From a virus (taxonomy: Duplodnaviria > Caudoviricetes): 44,597 bases of DNA. Location of the stretch: positions 1 to 44,597 of IMG/VR virus record IMGVR_UViG_3300014508_000001; one strand, written 5' to 3'. The translations under genes were made by a program, and so were the position numbers. Below the pieces are notes generated by a model. It had not been told where the DNA came from and ran no database searches. It saw only the letters and a list, made by a program, of their open reading frames with translations. The first letter of the stretch is position 1. Each line of letters opens with the position of its first letter. Below are positions 16,691 to 24,505 of the stretch, piece by piece.

Positions 16691-19367
16691 GAAACAATTT
16701 AACCCTGAAGAATTGCACGAGATACAACTAGGCTTAGAAGCTAATATGTTCGGCTCAGGTATTGAGCGCTTTGAGAAGAATAATCAAAGAGCAATTGAAC
16801 AGGGTGCGGCAAGTGAAACAGCTTGGTTTAGACGTTTAACTAAAGCATTCATTGAACCTTTTTCTGAAGCTATCTTAGCTTATCTTTCTTATTATGAAGG
16901 AAGAGCGGGAAGAGCTTCTATGTCATTGACTTACTTGAAGATGTTACCAGCTGAGACTTCAGCTTATGTAGCTATTAAGGTAATATTTGACAGCTTACCG
17001 CAAAGTAATGTAAGCGCTCAGATGATAGCTGAGAAGATAGGTCGCAGATTAGAAGACCAAGTAAGATTTACTCGCTTAGAAAGCTGTGCGCCTAAGTACG
17101 TAACAGCCATTAAAGATGGTTTAAAACGTGCTAAGTCTCAGAACTATGACCATGCACATCGTGTTATGGCCCATGCTGAAGGCAAGCTAGCTGATGATAC
17201 TAAAGGTGCTTACCTAAATGATGTTAGACGTTGGGCTGAGTGGCCTAAAACTGATATGGTCCAGTTAGGCTCAAGACTTATTGATATATTTACAGATAAT
17301 GTTTTATACAATGATAATCCTGTTGTTACTAAGGAAGTGAGAAACATAGGCACTGGCAAGCATAAGTCAGTAGCTTATTTAGTACCAACTGAAGCAGTAG
17401 TAGAGTGGGTTGAAGAGTTCAAAGATGCAGTGGGCCAGCTTAGTCCTTGTTATGCTCCTTGTGTTATTCAGCCAAGAGATTGGAAAGCACCTACTCAAGG
17501 TGGTTACCATAGTCTTGAAGTTGCTAGTAAATTACCACTAGTTAAAGCGAATAATTGGAAACTAGTTAAGCGATTATCACAAAAACAAATGCCTGTTGTC
17601 TATTCAGCTGTCAATGCCTTACAAGCTGTCAAGTGGACAATAAGCAGTGAAGTGCTGGCTGTTGCTGATAGTGTAGCAGAAAGTGATTATCAGTTAGCTA
17701 TGCCTTCTAGAGAGCCTCTTAGGGCAAGTCCTGTACCTATCCCAGCTGACTTACAACACTTGAGAGGTCAAGAGCTTAAATCTGCTATGACTGAAGCGCA
17801 GTGGGATAAGTTTTCTGAATGGAAGTCAGAGAGTGCTGAGATATACGACAAAGAGCGTGAACGTAGAGGTAAGTTTGTTGAAGCAATAAGAACAATTGCA
17901 CAGGCTAAAGTTTATAATAACTACCCTAACTTACACTTTGTTTATACCTTAGATTTTCGTGGAAGAGTATATTGTCAAAGCTCTTTAGTAAGTCCACAAG
18001 GTGGGGACTTACAGAAAGGATTACTTAAGTTTGCACACGGTAAGAAGTTAGGTAAGAAAGGCTATTTTTGGCTAGCTGTACAAGGTGCTAATGTATGGGG
18101 CGAGGATAAGTGTTCTTTCGAAGACCGCGTTAGTTTCATTGAAAATATGACTGAAGAGGTAAAAGATTATGCAATCGCTCCAACTACTTTCAAAGGCTGG
18201 GCGAGTGCTGATAAGCCTTGGCAGTTCCTTAACTGGTGTTTTGAATGGAATAAACTTCAAGAGTGGATACAAGAAGGCAATAGCCCTGAAGACTTCATCT
18301 CTCACATACCTGTTGCAATGGATGGTAGTTGTTCTGGTATCCAGCACTATTCAGCTATGCTTCGTGACCCTATTGGCGGCAAGTCTGTTAACCTCATTCC
18401 TAGTGGAAAGCCTGAAGATATTTATGGCGATGTTGCGAAAGTAACAATAACTAAGCTTTCAGCTATATTGGAAGATGATGAAGAGACAAGAGTTCGAAAG
18501 GACTTAGCAACAGCTTGGTTAAATGTAGGCGTTACTCGTGGTGGTACTAAGAAGTCTGTAATGACATTACCCTATGGTTCAACTCAATTAACTTGCCGTG
18601 AGTCAGTTGGCGATTATCTTAAGGAGATGGAAGAGAAGGAATATAAACGTGCTAAAGCTGAGAGCAGGGACGTTAAACTAGTACATCCTTTCAATAAAGA
18701 AAAAGATAACCCTATGAGTTGCTTTGAAGCTGAAAAGTTCCTCAGTAAGCTTATATGGGACTCTATTAGTGAAGTAGTAGTAGCGGCTCGTGTTGGTATG
18801 TCTTTTATTAAAGAGATTACTAAACACGTTGCTAAAGCTAATAAGTCATTAGAATGGATTACTCCTACAGGTTTTATAGTTGAGCAAGCTATTTACAAGA
18901 CTGAAGCAAGTCGCGTGAAGACTCAATTGATGGGTGAAACTTTCTTTACCTTACTAACACCTACTGACATGATAGATACACGTAAAATGGGTAGCTCCTG
19001 CGCTCCTAACTTCATTCATTCATATGATGCAAGTCACTTAACATTAGTAACAGCTGATTTTTGTCAGAAGAATGATTTATCGCCTTCTTATGAATTAACA
19101 GCTAATGGTTATGAACTTGTTGCACTTGAGAATGATAGTGTCTCTATTGCAGTTATTCATGATAGCTTCGGTACACATGCTGGTGATACAGATATATTAA
19201 ACTTATCACTTAGAGAGTGCTTTGTTTCGATGTATAAAGATAATGAACTTGAGAAGCTTAAAGAGTATTCTGAAGAGCATATACTTGAAGAGATTGAAAC
19301 AGAAGTTCCTGAGTTCTTAGGTTTAGATTTATCAGTTTGTTTAGAATCAGAATATATATTTGCATAG
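16683..19367 (+). CDS. Single-subunit DNA-directed RNA polymerase (T7/SP6 family)
   Basis: DFRGRVY, DGSCSGIQH, R...K.SVMT.PYG, APNFIHS.DA, IHDSFGT; C-terminal YIFA. Confidence 0.98.
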   Translation: MLKKQFNPEELHEIQLGLEANMFGSGIERFEKNNQRAIEQGAASETAWFRRLTKAFIEPFSEAILAYLSYYEGRAGRASMSLTYLKMLPAETSAYVAIKVIFDSLPQSNVSAQMIAEKIGRRLEDQVRFTRLESCAPKYVTAIKDGLKRAKSQNYDHAHRVMAHAEGKLADDTKGAYLNDVRRWAEWPKTDMVQLGSRLIDIFTDNVLYNDNPVVTKEVRNIGTGKHKSVAYLVPTEAVVEWVEEFKDAVGQLSPCYAPCVIQPRDWKAPTQGGYHSLEVASKLPLVKANNWKLVKRLSQKQMPVVYSAVNALQAVKWTISSEVLAVADSVAESDYQLAMPSREPLRASPVPIPADLQHLRGQELKSAMTEAQWDKFSEWKSESAEIYDKERERRGKFVEAIRTIAQAKVYNNYPNLHFVYTLDFRGRVYCQSSLVSPQGGDLQKGLLKFAHGKKLGKKGYFWLAVQGANVWGEDKCSFEDRVSFIENMTEEVKDYAIAPTTFKGWASADKPWQFLNWCFEWNKLQEWIQEGNSPEDFISHIPVAMDGSCSGIQHYSAMLRDPIGGKSVNLIPSGKPEDIYGDVAKVTITKLSAILEDDEETRVRKDLATAWLNVGVTRGGTKKSVMTLPYGSTQLTCRESVGDYLKEMEEKEYKRAKAESRDVKLVHPFNKEKDNPMSCFEAEKFLSKLIWDSISEVVVAARVGMSFIKEITKHVAKANKSLEWITPTGFIVEQAIYKTEASRVKTQLMGETFFTLLTPTDMIDTRKMGSSCAPNFIHSYDASHLTLVTADFCQKNDLSPSYELTANGYELVALENDSVSIAVIHDSFGTHAGDTDILNLSLRECFVSMYKDNELEKLKEYSEEHILEEIETEVPEFLGLDLSVCLESEYIFA

Positions 19368-19374
19368 TATAATT

Positions 19375-19407
19375 AGCCCTGTCCTTAATTGGATGGGGCT
19401 TATTTTT
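19375..19407 (+). terminator. Intrinsic terminator after RNAP
   Basis: AGCCCTGTCC-TTAATT-GGATGGGGCT-TATTTTT. Confidence 0.8.
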
Positions 19408-19431
19408 GTTATTACTTCTTTAAAATAATTT

Positions 19432-19454
19432 AATTAAGTTGCTCTATAGATAAA
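19432..19454 (+). promoter_or_regulatory. Phage RNAP promoter (+1 G at 19449)
   Basis: AATTAAGTTGCTCTATA-GATAAA. Confidence 0.85.
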
Positions 19455-19471
19455 CAGAGAGCCAAGAGAAC

Positions 19472-19498
19472 AAGAGATATAAGAGATATAAGAGATAT
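19472..19498. repeat. 9-bp tandem repeat AAGAGATAT x3 in a purine-rich tract (candidate origin)
   Basis: Direct reading; lies downstream of the post-RNAP promoter. Confidence 0.7.
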
Positions 19499-19573
19499 AA
19501 GAGAGATAGTAATAATAAGAGAGTACTAGAGATTCTAGAGAGTACTGTCAATTTAACCTATTAAGGAAATACC

Positions 19574-19849
19574 ATGATTAATGATGAAACTGTAATAGAC
19601 TTATATGGGTGGTTAATAACTATAACTATCTTATGGGTATCATTAGAGGATGCCGAAGTTAACTTCCGTATCGAGTCAATTGAATACACTGACCAGAGTA
19701 GTGAGAGCACTTTCAATATTACTGATATAACAAGTGATATTGTTCTTACACATCTAACCGAACTAGCCGCGCAGAAATATGAAGAAGCTCAGCTTGAGCA
19801 AGAGTTGTCCCACATGGTGGACATGCAATTACAACTTGGGGAATACTAA
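19574..19849 (+). CDS. Acidic hypothetical protein
   Basis: 91 aa; AAGGA RBS. Confidence 0.75.
   Translation: MINDETVIDLYGWLITITILWVSLEDAEVNFRIESIEYTDQSSESTFNITDITSDIVLTHLTELAAQKYEEAQLEQELSHMVDMQLQLGEY
19796..19833. repeat. 38-bp direct repeat copy A (contains palindrome copy 3 at 19806-19823)
   Basis: GAGCAAGAGTTGTCCCACATGGTGGACATGCAATTACA. Confidence 0.95.
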
Positions 19850-20163
19850 TGAATAAACATATACTACTAGTAATGAAATGGTTAAACGATAAAGACTCAG
19901 TAAGTCAAGAAGAGTTAGTAGCTAATAGAAAAGCTGCTTATGCTGCTTATGCTGCTGATGCTGCTTATGCTGCTTATGATGCTGCTGCTTATGCTGCTGC
20001 TGCTGATGCTGCTTATGCTGCTGATGCTGCTTATGCTGCTTATGATGCTGCTGCTTATGCTGCTTATGATGCTGCTGCTTATGCTGCTTATGCTGCAAGT
20101 CACGTGAATCTTTACTTTGAATTGACTAGCGAAGACAAACAGATTTACCTAAACAACCTTTAA
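19849..20163 (+). CDS. Ala/Tyr/Asp low-complexity repeat protein
   Basis: MNKHILLVMKWLND... followed by 55 codons of only A, Y and D (19933-20097). Confidence 0.8.
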   Translation: MNKHILLVMKWLNDKDSVSQEELVANRKAAYAAYAADAAYAAYDAAAYAAAADAAYAADAAYAAYDAAAYAAYDAAAYAAYAASHVNLYFELTSEDKQIYLNNL

Positions 20164-20168
20164 ACACA

Positions 20169-20206
20169 GAGCAAGAGTTGTCCCACATGGTGGACATGCA
20201 ATTACA
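20169..20206. repeat. 38-bp direct repeat copy B (contains palindrome copy 4 at 20179-20196)
   Basis: Identical to 19796-19833. Confidence 0.95.
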
Positions 20207-20208
20207 GG

Positions 20209-20514
20209 ATGAATGTTATGCAATTAAATAAAGATGAAATGTGGGACCTTGGTCTCATGCTTAAACGCGCCCTACTTAAAAGAGTGGATGTTATTAATGA
20301 ATATGGTGTTATTATTGGAGTACAATCTCTTCACAAGAGCCTTCCATCTTTCCCTGTAGATACTGATGATGTTGCAGGTTACATAGATTCTATACTAGAT
20401 GTTGAGTTATCAATTGAAGACTACGAGAATCGTATACGAAAGGCAACTAGAGCTAGTAAGATTCAGGTTTCTGCCATAGAAGCCTTATCTAGAAGATGGG
20501 GTATGGATGTATGA
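20209..20514 (+). CDS. Hypothetical protein (start uncertain)
   Basis: 101-aa ORF, coupled to the next gene by ATGA. Confidence 0.65.
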   Translation: MNVMQLNKDEMWDLGLMLKRALLKRVDVINEYGVIIGVQSLHKSLPSFPVDTDDVAGYIDSILDVELSIEDYENRIRKATRASKIQVSAIEALSRRWGMDV

Positions 20515-20696
20515 CGACTCGTAATGTAGATATGTGTTGTGGTCAAATAGCTGACAAAGCTGAGTTGATTGAAAAGTACAATGAACTTGAGGCCAAAGCT
20601 AAAGCATTTGATGCAATAGTTAGAGCTTCAAGCAGAAGAGGCTTTTTAATGGATACTAAGACTGCTCATAAGTTTCTAGAGATGTGTAGCAATTAA
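20511..20696 (+). CDS. Hypothetical protein
   Basis: ATGA overlap; short coiled coil ELEAKAKAFDAI. Confidence 0.6.
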   Translation: MTTRNVDMCCGQIADKAELIEKYNELEAKAKAFDAIVRASSRRGFLMDTKTAHKFLEMCSN

Positions 20697-20713
20697 GTAG
20701 CACTATAGATATA
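20691..20713 (+). promoter_or_regulatory. Phage RNAP promoter (+1 G at 20708)
   Basis: AATTAAGTAGCACTATA-GATATA. Confidence 0.85.
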
Positions 20714-20740
20714 CCATAACGCAACCACAGAGGATTTAAC

Positions 20741-20857
20741 ATGCGTAACTTCGAGAAGACAACCAAACGTGTAGGTAATGTAAACAAGTTCAAATCAGAG
20801 GCTCGTAAGAGTCGTAACAATAGCCGCGATTTAAAACGACAGCATGAAGGGGAATAG
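20741..20857 (+). CDS. 1.1: T7 gp1.1-like small basic protein
   Basis: MRNFEKTTKR...KRQHEGE versus T7 gp1.1 MRNFEKMTKR...; GAGGA RBS; not in the ORF track (38 aa). Confidence 0.8.
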   Translation: MRNFEKTTKRVGNVNKFKSEARKSRNNSRDLKRQHEGE

Positions 20858-20858
20858 A

Positions 20859-21305
20859 ATGTTAAAGCCTATTTTATTAATGCTGGCACTTATAGTACCA
20901 ACCGCAAGCGCTGATGAAGTTAATGTAACTTTCTTCGGTCAGTCTACTCATTTAATTGAGGGTGACTTCAATGATAAGCATGAGTTGTTTGGAGTTGAAT
21001 ACATAGACACAAGTGGTGATTATGATACAGGTCATGCCGTTAGTAGTTATGTAAATTCATATAACATACAGGGGTATATGTACACTTATTCTCTGTATAG
21101 TCCTTATGATGCTCATAAGTTCAGAACTATATTCACAGCAGGTGCAACCACTGGATATAAGGATACAGGCGGTGTTTGTATTATTGAGGTGGGTGAGCTT
21201 TGTAGTGTATTAGCAATTGGTGTGGAGTATGGCAAGTACAAGCTTGTTCCACGTATAACTTTATTTGGGCCAGCTTTGGTCTTTAGTCTATCTTATAAAT
21301 TTTAA
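20859..21305 (+). CDS. Exported outer-membrane beta-barrel, Pseudomonas-type PagP-like
   Basis: Signal peptide ending ASA; STH...FND.H.LFGVEY, NSY, TAG..TGY; C-terminal FSLSYKF. Confidence 0.65.
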   Translation: MLKPILLMLALIVPTASADEVNVTFFGQSTHLIEGDFNDKHELFGVEYIDTSGDYDTGHAVSSYVNSYNIQGYMYTYSLYSPYDAHKFRTIFTAGATTGYKDTGGVCIIEVGELCSVLAIGVEYGKYKLVPRITLFGPALVFSLSYKF

Positions 21306-21322
21306 TTAGGAGTACAATCAAC

Positions 21323-21574
21323 ATGGGTTTATTTAGTAAAGCAGTTCGTAAAGTATTAGCAATGATGGGCGTAGAACATACGTCAGAATTAACGTATACA
21401 GGTAATGGTCGTAATGACCAATTTACCATGCCTGATTTAGCAACAGCTGAGTTAAAAGCTCAATGGTTGTTGGATAAAGAGTTAGCAACAGCGCCTAAAT
21501 GGCTAGGTACTCAAGAGGCCCGTATTAAATGGGTAGTTGCTAGCAAACCTAGTTCATTTTGGGCAATAGCCTAA
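21323..21574 (+). CDS. Hypothetical protein
   Basis: 83 aa; AGGAG RBS. Confidence 0.75.
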   Translation: MGLFSKAVRKVLAMMGVEHTSELTYTGNGRNDQFTMPDLATAELKAQWLLDKELATAPKWLGTQEARIKWVVASKPSSFWAIA

Positions 21575-21616
21575 GTTAAACCTAAGTGCATTCTTCGGAG
21601 TGCATTTTAGTTTAAC
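21575..21616 (+). promoter_or_regulatory. Long hairpin with C(UUCG)G loop (processing site or terminator)
   Basis: GTTAAACCTAAGTGCATTC-TTCG-GAGTGCATTTTAGTTTAAC. Confidence 0.65.
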
Positions 21617-21620
21617 AATC

Positions 21621-21638
21621 AATCCCACATGTGGGACA
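21621..21638. promoter_or_regulatory. 18-bp palindromic site, copy 5
   Basis: AATCCCACATGTGGGACA immediately before the AGGAG RBS. Confidence 0.7.
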
Positions 21639-21653
21639 AACAGGAGATTAATT

Positions 21654-22298
21654 ATGAATATTAATACAGACATAGCTCGTGCTCTTTATGAGCTTCAAGT
21701 AAAGAACCCAGCTTATTTAGTTATTATTGCTGGTGGTTACCTTCGTGATATTGCTCGTGGTGTTGAGCCTAAAGATGTAGATGTGTTCCTTGCACCTCTT
21801 ACTGAATCTCACCAACCTGCTATTAATGTCCCAACTGACTACGCATTGCTTTACAATGTGCATCATACTAAGACTTCTTTTGGTAGAGATATGGCGGCTC
21901 GTGGTTTGGATAGAGTTATTGGATTACAGAATATTAATCTATCAACTCAAGAAGTTCAGCTTATTATTTATTCTAAGCCTATGTCAGTACAAGAGATTGT
22001 ACATGATATGGATATTAACATATGTCAGATAGGGTTTGATGGTATTACTACCTATAAATCAGGTGCTTATCTATCAGGTCATTCTACTAAAACAATAGTA
22101 TGTATGATTGACTATGACCCAGCACGTATGGTTAGTCGTGTTAAACGTATGCACAAGAAGTTCCCTGATTACGAGTACCCTACTATCCCTTTAACAGAGA
22201 ATGCTGAGTTTGCCTTCCCTGCAATTGAAGGTCAGTCTGGTTTTGCTTGTAAAGATTCTGAATTTAGTAGAGCCGCTGGCTCATTTGTTGGAGAGTAG
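21654..22298 (+). CDS. Nucleotidyltransferase (class II CCA-adding/poly(A) polymerase head domain-like)
   Basis: IAGGYLRD...PKDVDVF, DMDINICQIG, R..R...K; ATG 21654 follows AGGAG. Confidence 0.8.
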   Translation: MNINTDIARALYELQVKNPAYLVIIAGGYLRDIARGVEPKDVDVFLAPLTESHQPAINVPTDYALLYNVHHTKTSFGRDMAARGLDRVIGLQNINLSTQEVQLIIYSKPMSVQEIVHDMDINICQIGFDGITTYKSGAYLSGHSTKTIVCMIDYDPARMVSRVKRMHKKFPDYEYPTIPLTENAEFAFPAIEGQSGFACKDSEFSRAAGSFVGE

Positions 22299-22302
22299 TA
22301 AG

Positions 22303-22539
22303 ATGGATATTCTTAAAATACCTAATGGCAGTCTGATACAATCGGATGCCTCTGAGAATGGTAAGACATCTCATAAGAGGTTTGGTCATAAGGGTGTTGA
22401 TTATAATAACGGGCATGTTTTCTATTTATTAAATAAAGAGATGGGTGCATGGTGCGTATCTGGTACTGCATTTATAGTTCAAAGCAAGAGTACAGGTGTA
22501 GTTATTAGAGCTTGTTCTAGTTTATTTAGAGAGGTATAA
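22303..22539 (+). CDS. Hypothetical protein
   Basis: ATG 22303 after GGAG; fills the gap to the primase. Confidence 0.6.
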   Translation: MDILKIPNGSLIQSDASENGKTSHKRFGHKGVDYNNGHVFYLLNKEMGAWCVSGTAFIVQSKSTGVVIRACSSLFREV

Positions 22540-22543
22540 GAGA

Positions 22544-24505
22544 ATGGCTATAGTTTCTAATTCAGCTTGCCCTAAGTGTCAAGAGCGGGGTCACGACCGT
22601 AGCTCAAATCACCTAATGAGGTTTGCAGATGGAGCATATCTGTGTAATCGCAGTCACTTCCATGCAACAGGCTTGCCGTACTATGTAGCACCTAATGGAG
22701 ATGACCCTATCTTGACAGCTGGTATTGATGGTAAAATCAAGTATACTCCTGACCAATTTGTAACTCTTACAGATGAAGGTAAACTTGATAACCCTATCGT
22801 TAAAGCTATGGCATTATCTGGTATGCGCCAGCAAGATGCTTGGGCCTTCTACTCTGAAGATGAGCGTAGTGTTGTAGAAGAAGATTGGAAGCATGATGAA
22901 GTGTATTTCAATCATCTTAAAATAAAGAACTTAGTATCTCGTGGCATTAAAGGCCCTATTGCTAAATTCTATAATGTACGTGTAGGCTTAGATTCTCATA
23001 ATCAAGTGGAGCGTCATTACTACCCTCGCTATGATGAAAGTAAACAATTCATAGGTGCTAAGTGTCGTACTCTTCCTAAAGATTTCCATCTTGGAACATT
23101 AGGCAAGATGTGGGGCGAAGGTCTTATGTTCGGTCAGAACACCTTACAAGATGTACTTGATGGTGGTCGCAGAAAGGATAAGCTTATTATTTGTGGTGGC
23201 GAATTAGATGCTATGGCTGCACAGCAAATGTTAGTAGAGGCGCAAGCTGGTACTAAGTATGCTGGTCAACATTATCACATCTGGTCTCCCTTCAAAGGTG
23301 AGATGGCTATCAAAGAAATTATTGCTCAGAAAGAAGAGATTGCTAAATTCAAGCAAGTTCTTGTTGCCTTTGATAATGATGAAGTAGGCCAGAAGATGAA
23401 TGGGGATGTCGCTCGTTTATTCCGTGGCAAAGCTATGAAGATTCAATATCCCGCTGGTTGTAAAGATGCTAATGAGTGCTTACAAGAAGGCAGACATAAA
23501 GAATTTGTTGAAGCTTTCTGGAATCCAGTAGAAGTATTTGCTGGTGGTGGTAAGATTAAACGTGTATCTGCGTTAATCAAAGAGGCCCTTAAAACGCCTG
23601 AAATGGGACAAGATTGGCCTTGGCCTAGTATGAACCATTTAACCTTTGGTATACGTCCTCACGGCCTTTACGTAATGGGTGCTGGTACTGGTGTAGGTAA
23701 GACAGAATCAACTAAAGAAATTGTATTTCATCTCATAGAGAAGTACGATGAAGAGGTTGGTGTAATCTACTTAGAAGAACCAGCCCCTAAAACTGTCCGT
23801 TCATTTGCTGGTAAGCTTATTAATAAGCGTATTGAAGAACCTCAAATTAATGATAAAGAAATGCAAGGCTACTCTCAGGATATAGATTATACTGAGCAAG
23901 ACGCGGAAGATGCTATTTATCAACTTGAGTCAATGGATAGATTACTCGTTGCTGATACAGGTGGTCAGAAAGATATTGATACTGTGATGGAATTAATTGA
24001 AGAGTTCCTAGCTATGGGTATTACTAAGATTGTAATAGATAACCTAACTGCGATTGAATTACCTAAAAGTGGTTCTAAAGTAGAAGCTATTGATGAAGCT
24101 ATGAAACGCATTGGTACTTTCAAGGATGAAAAGCCTGTTAGTATCTTTCTATTAGCTCATCTTAAAAGACCTCAAGACCCTCGTGTACCTCATGAGATGG
24201 GTGGTCAAGTTCAAGTAAATGACTTCCGTGGTTCTGGTTCTATTAACTTTTGGGCTAATGTTGTTATAGGTATTGAGCGTAATACTTATGGTGAAACTGA
24301 TGAAGAAAAACGTATGACAACTTATAGAATCGTTAAGTGTCGTGACCGTGGTGTTTCTGTTAATCAAACAGTAGTTGCTACAATGTCACCGATGACAGGG
24401 CGATTACTAGAGCCTTCTAGTCATTCCGCATATCAGCCCCCAATAGAAAGTAAGAAAGTTGAACCACAAGAGCCTGACTTAACTGAAGAGAACGAGGAGT
24501 TCTAA
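22544..24505 (+). CDS. DNA primase-helicase (T7 gp4 type)
   Basis: CPKC...C...H zinc finger, TOPRIM FDNDEVG / KDANE, GAGTGVGKT, IVIDNL, DFRGSGSI. Confidence 0.95.
   Translation: MAIVSNSACPKCQERGHDRSSNHLMRFADGAYLCNRSHFHATGLPYYVAPNGDDPILTAGIDGKIKYTPDQFVTLTDEGKLDNPIVKAMALSGMRQQDAWAFYSEDERSVVEEDWKHDEVYFNHLKIKNLVSRGIKGPIAKFYNVRVGLDSHNQVERHYYPRYDESKQFIGAKCRTLPKDFHLGTLGKMWGEGLMFGQNTLQDVLDGGRRKDKLIICGGELDAMAAQQMLVEAQAGTKYAGQHYHIWSPFKGEMAIKEIIAQKEEIAKFKQVLVAFDNDEVGQKMNGDVARLFRGKAMKIQYPAGCKDANECLQEGRHKEFVEAFWNPVEVFAGGGKIKRVSALIKEALKTPEMGQDWPWPSMNHLTFGIRPHGLYVMGAGTGVGKTESTKEIVFHLIEKYDEEVGVIYLEEPAPKTVRSFAGKLINKRIEEPQINDKEMQGYSQDIDYTEQDAEDAIYQLESMDRLLVADTGGQKDIDTVMELIEEFLAMGITKIVIDNLTAIELPKSGSKVEAIDEAMKRIGTFKDEKPVSIFLLAHLKRPQDPRVPHEMGGQVQVNDFRGSGSINFWANVVIGIERNTYGETDEEKRMTTYRIVKCRDRGVSVNQTVVATMSPMTGRLLEPSSHSAYQPPIESKKVEPQEPDLTEENEEF

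Noticed and set aside
19915-20103. Antisense Ser/Ile-repeat ORF
   Set aside because: Mirror of the GCT/TAT/GAT tract; all recognised transcription signals are on the + strand
19796-20206. IS/transposon, prophage att sites or diversity-generating retroelement
   Set aside because: No transposase, integrase or reverse transcriptase in the window, and the repeats are identical rather than adenine-variable
13864-21638. Calling the palindromes canonical parS or matS sites
   Set aside because: Length and arms differ from the 16-bp parS and 13-bp matS consensus, and no ParA/ParB gene is recognisable
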